Positions 26,701-34,089 of a stretch of 64,000 bases of DNA are shown here, piece by piece. The number at the start of each line of letters is the position of its first letter. Position 1 is the stretch's first letter. The stretch is from Candidatus Omnitrophota bacterium (GTDB taxonomy: Bacteria; Omnitrophota; Omnitrophia; Omnitrophales; Aquincolibacteriaceae). The notes under the pieces are model-generated. The model was given only the letters and a program-made list of their open reading frames with translations. It had not been told where the DNA came from and searched no databases. The stretch lies in contig JBAYVF010000006.1 in the NCBI GenBank assembly GCA_041674705.1, forward strand, positions 23,241-87,240, written 5' to 3'. The translations under genes and the position numbers were made by a program.

Positions 26701-28887
26701 ATTGAATGCGTCCAGAAGGACAGGAATAATCTTGGCTCCAGGCAAAAGGTGACGGTATCTTTCTAAATTTCGAAGGACCGCTTTATTTCCACCTGTCAGC
26801 ATTAATGTGCCTTTAAATTTCCTGGAGGCTAGCACTTCAGGCACGGATGACGGTTCGGAGGATACAAATTCGATCAAAGATCCTTTTTCCGGAAATTGAT
26901 AACGGTCTAAAAGAAGTTGCCAAATCCGCTGGGCAGCCACACGGCGGTCCTTTTCAGGGATCTTTTCGAGCCTTGAATTTAAAGGAACTTCTTGGTCGTC
27001 GCGCGATTCGCTTCGGCGAGACATTACATTTTTTTTAAGGGAAAGATCCTGGGCATGAACTGATCCCATTTCGTCAATACCAGCAGCTTGCCTTCCATTC
27101 GTTTCCTGCATCTCGAAGCGAGTGGTTCGCTCATGATTTAAATCTCGCATTTCAGCTCTTCCAATCACACGATGGAGCGTTCCAAGATCGGCGTTGCGGT
27201 CTGCATACAGAGCATTGGCTACGGCCAAAACCTCCATGCGGCCTTCAGAGCGAGCAAAAATGCGCTCGGCCGGGACCATGGTTGCAGGGGCCAAAGGTTT
27301 TGTGGCAATTGCCCGCTCGAACGGAAAGTCACCGTCTGTCATAAGCTTTTTATAGAACGCTTCGTGACGAGGGCTGGGCTTGGTGATTCGCGGACTGACG
27401 ACGAGGTAACTGATCCCTTTGACTTCGAGGACGCGTTTGATGTTCTCCTTATGGAATCCTCCATATACCAAAATTGCCGGCTCGATGCCGGGCAATTTCG
27501 AACTCGAAGTTCGAAGCTCGAAGTTCGAAGTTTCGGCATTATCTTTGTTCTTTGCGTTTTGCTCTTTTCCCTTTTCAAGAAAATATTTATCCAACATCTC
27601 CGAAAGTGAATTGTCACGCTGATGGGCGATTTCGTAGAATTTAATCGCATCCTTGATGTTTTGCTCCCACATCCGGGAGAGGATAAGCGTCTTTGGCGAC
27701 TGGCTGAAAATAAACTTAGCGAAGGAATCCGTATCAAATGTTTTAAGGCTGTTTTTGACCGCCTCATATTCTTCTTGGGATACTTGAAGGTCGTTCAGAC
27801 GGTCGAGAAGGCTTAGGATTTTGTAATACTCAAGAAGCTGCTTATCTTCCGCCTTATGCAAGTAAGTTTCCGCGACCGCTTGCTCAAGTTTAATAAGCTC
27901 GCCGAAGATTTCACGGGCATCAATGTGTTTGGCTTTTTCGATGACAGCCGGATCATTCGAGCGAATGGCTTCAAGAATAAAGCTGAAAAGACCGTCAGCG
28001 TGGAGCGCAGAGCGTTTAACGCTTAGCTTTTTGTCGTTTCTGTCCCCTCTACGCTCTACGCTATCCGCTAGTGAAAATGTCCTTCCAAGATAAGTAAAAA
28101 GGTCGAGCTTCTTGGCATCGAACTGTTCCTTGATCTTGAGCCATTCCTTGAGCGCTTTTGGAAACCGGGCATCGGCAAGTGACTTTAATTCCTTTTCGAG
28201 CGCCTTGAGATCTTTGGTGATGACGTCTTTCTTTGCCGCAGAGAGACGGTATTGTCCGATGTTTTCTTTGTGGAGCTTTAGGGAATCAGCGCCAACGAGG
28301 TTGAAATCCTTTGTCCGGTTAATGTGGGCGTATTCCGCACCGCCTACGCGAAGATGGTCCATCAGGAAGTAAGAGACCTTTTCTTTGATCGTGAGGTCTT
28401 TGATGAACCCGAAATAGTTGTCCGTAGGCACCGGGCCTTCATAGCCCTCCTCGAAGACTGTCTTAATGCCGTCATGCGCGACTAGGTGGTTGATGATCTT
28501 GGCGATATTTTCCTGAGCTTCGAGCGAGTCATGGGCGTCTTGCAGAAAGACTATGGTCTTTCTGCCGGATATCGGATGAAGGATGGAGGATGGCGCCAAA
28601 CCTTTGGTTTTCAGTTCTTCGCCATCCGCCATCCGCTGCCCGCCATCCGGGGCAAAATAGACCTCGTCTATTTTGCCAAGTTCGGGAGGGATCCGGATCT
28701 TTACATCACGGACCAGGCGAGAAAGATCCTTGGATGGATCCCCTCCCTGAACATTGGCATTGACTGGTTGGGCGAATGCAGGGGGCACATAGTTGAGAAG
28801 GCCTGTAAACAGAAAAAGCGCCGCTGTGATAATGGCGACGCCTCTTTTGAATGGGTTTCTCCCGAAGGGAGTATTTTGTATTCTCAT
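20788..28887 (-). CDS. giant multidomain protein (2,699 aa): signal/anchor, unknown N-terminal region, SelO-like, methyltransferase-like, radical SAM, unknown C-terminal modules
   Basis: Single uninterrupted ORF. The motifs are quoted in the domain sub-features and findings. The stop overlaps the lpxL-like stop region by 4 nt (convergent genes). Confidence 0.85.
   Translation of the reverse strand: [2699 protein letters not shown]
22500..23190 (-). other. radical SAM core region of giant ORF (approx. aa 1900-2130)
   Basis: [19 protein letters not shown] (CxxxCxxC at 23131-23154), [29 protein letters not shown]. Confidence 0.7.
23730..24390 (-). other. class-I SAM methyltransferase-like Rossmann region of giant ORF (approx. 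aa 1500-1720)
   Basis: [14 protein letters not shown] (motif I-like), GTVYVLEP (acidic end of beta2), [11 protein letters not shown] (motif IV-like). Confidence 0.45.
25000..26400 (-). other. SelO/YdiU-like pseudokinase (AMPylase-fold) region of giant ORF (approx. aa 830-1295)
   Basis: [22 protein letters not shown] aligns with E. coli YdiU [42 protein letters not shown] aligns with [42 protein letters not shown] aligns with [21 protein letters not shown]. Confidence 0.6.
27485..27539. repeat. palindromic word-repeat (CGAAGTT words) in frame inside giant ORF
   Basis: atgccgggcaatttcgaactcgaagttcgaagctcgaagttcgaagtttcggcat. Encodes ..[18 protein letters not shown].. Confidence 0.65.
27998..28062. 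repeat. palindromic word-repeat (CTACGC words) in frame inside giant ORF
   Basis: gcgtggagcgcagagcg - 27 nt - cctctacgctctacgct (14/17 complementary by hand). Encodes ..[21 protein letters not shown].. Confidence 0.55.
28565..28650. repeat. GGATGG-family palindromic element in frame inside giant ORF
   Basis: ccggatatcggatgaaggatggaggatggcg - cctttggtttt.. - cgccatccgccatccgctgcccgccatccgg. Encodes ..[29 protein letters not shown].. Confidence 0.7.
28771..28887 (-). other. signal-peptide-like / N-terminal anchor segment of giant ORF (aa 1-39)
   Basis: [16 protein letters not shown] (basic), [15 protein letters not shown] (hydrophobic), then [10 protein letters not shown] (AxA-type site). Confidence 0.6.
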
Positions 28888-29148
28888 TTGCCTGGTCCGA
28901 CAAACTTTTACAAATCGCTTAGTAATCGGAAAGGTAACACCTATCTCCAGGATGTCAAACTGACGGCTAAGTGGGACACCTTATACGTGTTCCATGTTAT
29001 AAATTGCTATATATTGCAAATTTTTAACTTAAAAAAACTCAACAAGGAATTGCACCACTGACCCAATTCATGGAACGTTCACAATCCCGAACGCGAAATG
29101 ATCTGCAGAATCTCTCTCATCTCTCAGAAAGCTTCCAGGATACTCTCG

Positions 29149-29176
29149 TTGACTTTCACGAAATTCCTTCTATAAT
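29149..29176 (+). promoter_or_regulatory. candidate sigma70-type promoter for the nusA operon (TTGACT-16-TATAAT)
   Basis: Near-consensus hexamers 88 nt upstream of the nusA ATG. Confidence 0.55.
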
Positions 29177-29200
29177 ACGCTTATCAATTTTGGGAATGCG

Positions 29201-29234
29201 AAGAAGTGGGCGCACAAACCCACTTCTTTTTTTT
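29201..29234 (+). terminator. intrinsic-terminator-like hairpin plus T8 in the nusA leader (candidate attenuator)
   Basis: aaGAAGTGGG-cgcacaaa-CCCACTTCtt followed by tttttttt. It lies between the candidate promoter and the nusA SD (GGAAGGA). Confidence 0.55.
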
Positions 29235-29263
29235 CTCCGAAAACGGAAGGAATCAGGGACAAA

Positions 29264-30508
29264 ATGTCACAGGATTTGCTCGCTTCACTGGAATATATCG
29301 AAAAAGAGAAGGGGATCACCAAAGAGGTCCTCTTGGATGCGCTCCGTCATGCCCTGATTTCCGCCTGCCGCAAAGGTTCTCCGGAAAAAGGAGACGCCTT
29401 TGACGTTCAAATTGATCCCAAGACCTTTCGCATCACCATGTTTCTGGACGGGAAAGAGATCAATGATCCCCGTTTCGGACGTATTGCCGCGCAAACCGCC
29501 AAACAAGTCATCATTCAGAAAATCCGCGAAGCCGAACGCGAATCCATTTTTGAAGAATACAGCCACAAGCAGGGCGACATCGTTTCCGGAAGCGTTCATC
29601 GGATCGAATCGAAAGCAATCATTGTGGACTTCGGAAAAACCGAAGGCATCTTGCCCGCGCGCGAACAATCACCGCTCGACAGTTTCCGTCAGGGGAATGT
29701 GGTGCGCGCCTACGTGATGGAAGTGAAAAAAACATCCAAAGGGCCAGAGGTCATTTTGTCGAGAACCCATCCGGACCTTGTGACGCAATTTTTTGAAATG
29801 GAAGTGCCGGAAATTCACGACGGGCTCGTAAAGGTTAAGGCCGTCGCGCGTGAGGCCGGATCCCGCACCAAGATCGCCGTAACTTCGTCCGATGAAAAGA
29901 TCGATTGCGTCGGCTCCTGCGTGGGCGTTCGCGGGCAGCGCGTCAAAAGCATTGTGCGTGAGCTTGGCGGTGAAAAGATCGATATTATCCGTTATAGCGA
30001 CGACATCGAGACCTACATTAAAAACGCAATGGCGCCGGCCGAGCTGAAAAAGATCACGCTTAATCCGGACCGGCAAAGCGCCGAGATCCTGGTTGAAGAC
30101 GATCAGTTGTCGCTTGCCATCGGGAAAAAGGGCCAGAATGTGCGTCTTGCGTCCAAACTGATCGGCTGGGAACTCGACGTGCGTAGCGCCACGCAAAAGA
30201 TCCCTCTCGGTTCGCTGGATGGCATCGGAGAAAAGACAGAGCAGATCCTTAAGGAAGCCGGGATACAGGGGCTTCGGGAACTCCTTCGAAAAACAGTGGA
30301 AGAGCTTTCCGAGATCCCGGGCATCGGTCCCAAGACCGCCGAGAAGATCCTCGCGTCGGCTAAAGAAGCCGCGACAAAAAAAGGCGAAGCGGGTAAAATC
30401 ATCGAGAAAGCGGTTCCGGCGGAAACGCCCGAGGCGAATAACGCCGCGGAAGAAATAGAAAAGAAGGCTCCTGAGGCTGAAAAGGGGCAGGAAGAGGCGG
30501 GTGCGTAA
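29264..30508 (+). CDS. nusA: transcription termination/antitermination factor NusA
   Basis: MSQDLLASLEYIEKEKGI N-terminus, S1 and two KH regions (LAIGKKGQNVRLASKL), C-terminal HhH. Confidence 0.95.
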   Translation: MSQDLLASLEYIEKEKGITKEVLLDALRHALISACRKGSPEKGDAFDVQIDPKTFRITMFLDGKEINDPRFGRIAAQTAKQVIIQKIREAERESIFEEYSHKQGDIVSGSVHRIESKAIIVDFGKTEGILPAREQSPLDSFRQGNVVRAYVMEVKKTSKGPEVILSRTHPDLVTQFFEMEVPEIHDGLVKVKAVAREAGSRTKIAVTSSDEKIDCVGSCVGVRGQRVKSIVRELGGEKIDIIRYSDDIETYIKNAMAPAELKKITLNPDRQSAEILVEDDQLSLAIGKKGQNVRLASKLIGWELDVRSATQKIPLGSLDGIGEKTEQILKEAGIQGLRELLRKTVEELSEIPGIGPKTAEKILASAKEAATKKGEAGKIIEKAVPAETPEANNAAEEIEKKAPEAEKGQEEAGA

Positions 30509-30509
30509 C

Positions 30510-32717
30510 ATGGCCGAAAAGAAAGAAAAAGCCAAAGAAAAAAAAGCAGCGATCAAAAAACCCTCCAAAGCCCCTGCCGAGAAAAAAACGGCGTCCCAAA
30601 AATCCGTCACAACGAAGACGGTGAAAGAAAAAAAATCTGCCGTTAAAGCCTCGCCTAAAACAAAAATTGCCGCAGAGATCAAAACCCATGAAAAGAAATC
30701 CGTTGTAGAAATAAAGTCTCCCGCAGCGAAGCCTGCGGCCCCAGCCGTTTCGAAAGTTGTTGCAGTTCCGCCCATAAAAAAATCAGAAGCGCCCGTCGTT
30801 CCCATTCACGAGAAGAAGCCTGAGCCTAAACCTGTCGAGCGTAAAGCCCCGGAGGTCTCGCCGTCCAAGGCGGTCCCTGTCGTGGAAGCGCCTAAAGCAA
30901 AGGTAGAAGTCCCGGCGCCGCAAGCTCCCAAAGCAGTTGTTCCTCCGCCTCCTCCCGTGAAACCTGTTGTGGAGATCCGTTTTCCGATCACCGTCGGGAA
31001 TTTGGCTCAAAGAATGAATCGAAGGATCCCGGAGGTCATTAAAGCGCTTATGGGAATCGGCATTTTCGCGAACGTGAATCAGCTTTTAAATGAAGAGATC
31101 GTTTATGCCGCCGGGGAAGCTCTCGGGATCGAGATCCGTAAAAAAGCGGATGAGGCCAAAGAGATCATCGAAAGCGGCGTCGAAGAAGATTCTACCAAGC
31201 TGAAGCCGCGCCCGCCGGTTGTGACCATGATGGGGCATGTCGACCATGGGAAGACATCTCTCCTGGACGCGATCCGCAACACGAACGTGGCGGCCAAGGA
31301 AAAAGGGTTTATTACTCAGCATATCGGCGCATATGGCGTGGATATCCCAGGCAAAGGGCATGTGACATTTCTAGACACGCCGGGCCATGAGGCCTTTACG
31401 GCCATGCGTGCCCGTGGCGCGAACGTAACGGATGTGGTGGTTCTCGTGGTGGCGGCCGATGATGGCGTGATGCCCCAAACGATCGAGGCCATTGACCATG
31501 CCCGCGAGGCCGGGTGTCCGATCGTTGTGGCCATGAATAAAACAGATCTCGCGAATGCCAACCCCGCCAAGGTGCTGGGCGAACTTCAGAAGATCGGACT
31601 CGTGCCGGAAGAGTGGGGCGGCAAGACGATCGTTGTGAAAGTTTCCGCGAAGACCGGCAAAGGGATTGAAGATCTTCTGGATATGCTACTTCTCGAGGCC
31701 GAAGTACTGGAGTTAAAAGCGAACCCCGATCGTTTGGCCGTGGGCATTGTGATCGAAAGCCATATTTCCAAAGGAAGCGGGCCCGTTGCGAGCGTGGTCG
31801 TTCAAAAAGGGACGCTCAAGCTCGGCGACATTGTCGTTGCCGGGCAATTTACGGGACGCATTCGTGCCATGAAAAATGATCGCGCCAAAACAGTGCGCGA
31901 AGCCGGACCCGCTTATGCGGTAGAGCTTTCCGGTTTAAACGGCGTGCCCGAAGCCGGAGAAACGGTTTATGCGGTGGCGGATGAGAAGACCGCCAGAACG
32001 ATTACGGAACAAAAGATCCTTGAGCTCCGCGAGCGGCAAATGCGTGGAACCCCGAAACACATGTCGCTTGAAAGTCTCTATTCCAAGTTATCCGAAGGGA
32101 ATTTCAAGGAGCTGAAGATCATTCTCAAGGCGGACACGCAGGGTTCCATCGAGGCGCTCACCCAGTCGCTTGATAAGATCAGCTCTGAAAAATGCCGGCT
32201 CCATGTCATTCATGGCATTGTCGGAGGGATCAACGAATCGGACGTAATGCTTGCCGCGGCCTCCGATGCGATCATCATCGGTTTCCACGTGAAAGCCGAT
32301 CCGAAGGCGCAGATCCTGGCCGAGCAAGAAGGTGTCGACCTCCGTTTTTACAGCATCATTTATGACGCGGTTGAGAAGATCCGCAAGGCGATGGAAGGTA
32401 TTCTGGAGCCGGATCTTAAGGAGGTTGTTGAGGGCAAGACCAAGGTTCGTCAGATCTTCAAGTCCTCCCGGGTCGGGAATATCGGCGGAGCGATCGTGAT
32501 GAAAGGCCGTATCACGCGGCAACACCGCGTGCGCCTTGTGCGTAACAATGTGGTGATCTTTGACGGGAAGTTGTCGTCTCTCAAGCGTTTCAAAGACGAC
32601 GTTAAAGAAGTCGCCGAAGGTTATGAGTGCGGGGTGGCTCTGGAAGGTTTCAATGATCTTCGCGAAGGGGACATGCTGGAATCTTATCGCATCGATAAGT
32701 TTGCCGCAAAATTATAA
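30510..32717 (+). CDS. infB: translation initiation factor IF-2
   Basis: [24 protein letters not shown]. Lys/Pro/Ala-rich N-terminus. ATG lies 2 nt after the nusA stop. The track alternative is GTG 30501. Confidence 0.95.
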   Translation: MAEKKEKAKEKKAAIKKPSKAPAEKKTASQKSVTTKTVKEKKSAVKASPKTKIAAEIKTHEKKSVVEIKSPAAKPAAPAVSKVVAVPPIKKSEAPVVPIHEKKPEPKPVERKAPEVSPSKAVPVVEAPKAKVEVPAPQAPKAVVPPPPPVKPVVEIRFPITVGNLAQRMNRRIPEVIKALMGIGIFANVNQLLNEEIVYAAGEALGIEIRKKADEAKEIIESGVEEDSTKLKPRPPVVTMMGHVDHGKTSLLDAIRNTNVAAKEKGFITQHIGAYGVDIPGKGHVTFLDTPGHEAFTAMRARGANVTDVVVLVVAADDGVMPQTIEAIDHAREAGCPIVVAMNKTDLANANPAKVLGELQKIGLVPEEWGGKTIVVKVSAKTGKGIEDLLDMLLLEAEVLELKANPDRLAVGIVIESHISKGSGPVASVVVQKGTLKLGDIVVAGQFTGRIRAMKNDRAKTVREAGPAYAVELSGLNGVPEAGETVYAVADEKTARTITEQKILELRERQMRGTPKHMSLESLYSKLSEGNFKELKIILKADTQGSIEALTQSLDKISSEKCRLHVIHGIVGGINESDVMLAAASDAIIIGFHVKADPKAQILAEQEGVDLRFYSIIYDAVEKIRKAMEGILEPDLKEVVEGKTKVRQIFKSSRVGNIGGAIVMKGRITRQHRVRLVRNNVVIFDGKLSSLKRFKDDVKEVAEGYECGVALEGFNDLREGDMLESYRIDKFAAKL

Positions 32718-32735
32718 AAAGGCAAGCCTTTTAAA

Positions 32736-32862
32736 CTCCAATCACCAAGAAACAAGAACCAAACAAACTCCAACAACCAAAATCCAAACGTTAACAAAAA
32801 GAAATTTTTGTTTTTGATTATTGGTATTTGGTCATTGCTTGGTTATTGGATCTTGGAATTTT
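32736..32862. repeat. long imperfect palindrome of CCAA/TTGG words between infB and rbfA
   Basis: ctccaatcaccaagaaacaagaaccaaac... / ...ggtcattgcttggttattggatcttggaattttg. Confidence 0.55.
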
Positions 32863-32899
32863 GTATTTCGACAAAGAAATTTTCTTTGAACGCCAGGGG

Positions 32900-33349
32900 A
32901 TGACTCCTATGCAAGGAAAACGGACCGAACGCGTGGCATCCCTCCTTCAAATGGAATTGGGCACGCTTATTCTGGAAAGGATCAAAGATCCGCGTCTGGG
33001 TTTTGTGACCGTCATGCATGTCAAGATCACCCCGGACCTCAAGTCTGCCGTAGTGTTCATCAGCGTGATGGGGGATAAGAAGAAAAAAGAAGAAACGCTC
33101 AAGGTCCTCGAGCGCGCGGCGGGGTTCCTTCAGCACGAGGTGGGTCTGGCGATCCAGATGCGTTACACGCCGAAGCTTCAATTTGAGTTGGACGACTCTC
33201 TCGACAAGGATTTTGAAATAGGCCAGGTTATTCACAAGATCGAAGAAAAGGACAAGCCCAATTCTCCATCAGAAAATTCAAAGGTTAATTGGACTAGCCC
33301 TGGCGACCTTCTATCAGAAAAAAATCAAAGCCAGGACAAGGCCGCTTAA
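32900..33349 (+). CDS. rbfA: ribosome-binding factor A
   Basis: KRTERVASLLQMELGTLILERIKDPRLGFVTV...V.I.PDLK.A.V..S. The start could be ATG 32900 or 32909. The C-terminal 30 aa come from the repeat element. Confidence 0.85.
   Translation: MTPMQGKRTERVASLLQMELGTLILERIKDPRLGFVTVMHVKITPDLKSAVVFISVMGDKKKKEETLKVLERAAGFLQHEVGLAIQMRYTPKLQFELDDSLDKDFEIGQVIHKIEEKDKPNSPSENSKVNWTSPGDLLSEKNQSQDKAA
33251..33340 (+). repeat. 90-nt CCCAAT-family element translated in frame at the rbfA 3' end
   Basis: 75/90 nt identical (hand alignment, no gaps) to 39090-39179 in ftsK. Encodes DKPNSPSENSKVNWTSPGDLLSEKNQSQDK. Confidence 0.85.
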
Positions 33350-34089
33350 TGGACGTGAACTTTATCGACGGCGTTCTCTTGGTCGACAAGCCCGAGAACT
33401 GGACTTCCCACGATGTCTGCGCGTTCGTGCGCCGGCGCTTCGGGATTAAAAAAGTCGGGCATGCCGGAACCCTCGATCCTCTTGCCACAGGGCTTTTGGT
33501 GCTCCTGCTTGGCAAAGCGACCAAAAACTCCATGCAGTTAAGCGCTTGCGATAAGGAATATTTCGGTGCGTTGGAGCTGGGCGTTCAAACCGATTCTCAT
33601 GATCGTCACGGAAAAGTTACCGCCGAAGCGCCCTGGGAGCCTATCACGCTCGAGATGATCCGCGCCAAGGCCGCTCAGCAGTTTACCGGCGACATCGTTC
33701 AGGTGCCGCCCATGGTTTCTGCCCTGAAACACGAAGGAACGCGCCTTTACAAGCTCGCGCGCCAGGGCAAGACTGTGGAACGCGAGGGGCGGCCGGTCAC
33801 AGTACATGAATTCCGTTTTGACAAAAAAGACGGAAAGTTCGTAGAATTCCTGGCCTACGTCTCGAAAGGCACCTATGTTCGCACGCTCGTGAACGATCTC
33901 GGCGAGGCTCTGGGTTGTTTCGCGACAATGGCGCGCTTGCGCCGGCTCCGTAGCGGTTCGTTCAGGTTGGAACAGAGCGTTACGATCGAGGATATGAAGA
34001 ATTTCACTCCAGCCCAACTTCGTGAAAAAGTGATCCCCTTAAGCGCCACACACCTCCATGCAGATCATACCGGACCTTCAAAAGTATAA
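33349..34089 (+). CDS. truB: tRNA pseudouridine(55) synthase
   Basis: GHAGTLDPLATGLLVLLLG catalytic Asp block. TAATG overlap with rbfA. Confidence 0.9.
   Translation: MDVNFIDGVLLVDKPENWTSHDVCAFVRRRFGIKKVGHAGTLDPLATGLLVLLLGKATKNSMQLSACDKEYFGALELGVQTDSHDRHGKVTAEAPWEPITLEMIRAKAAQQFTGDIVQVPPMVSALKHEGTRLYKLARQGKTVEREGRPVTVHEFRFDKKDGKFVEFLAYVSKGTYVRTLVNDLGEALGCFATMARLRRLRSGSFRLEQSVTIEDMKNFTPAQLREKVIPLSATHLHADHTGPSKV

Noticed and set aside
29070-29357. 95-aa ORF as a possible rimP upstream of nusA
   Set aside because: It overlaps the nusA start and the leader terminator. Its sequence (MERSQSRTRNDLQNL...) has no RimP similarity and no SD.
29669-30805. 378-aa ORF antisense to nusA/infB
   Set aside because: It overlaps two conserved genes. 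Its translation is low-complexity (F/G/R-rich), mirroring the Lys/Glu-rich sense strand.
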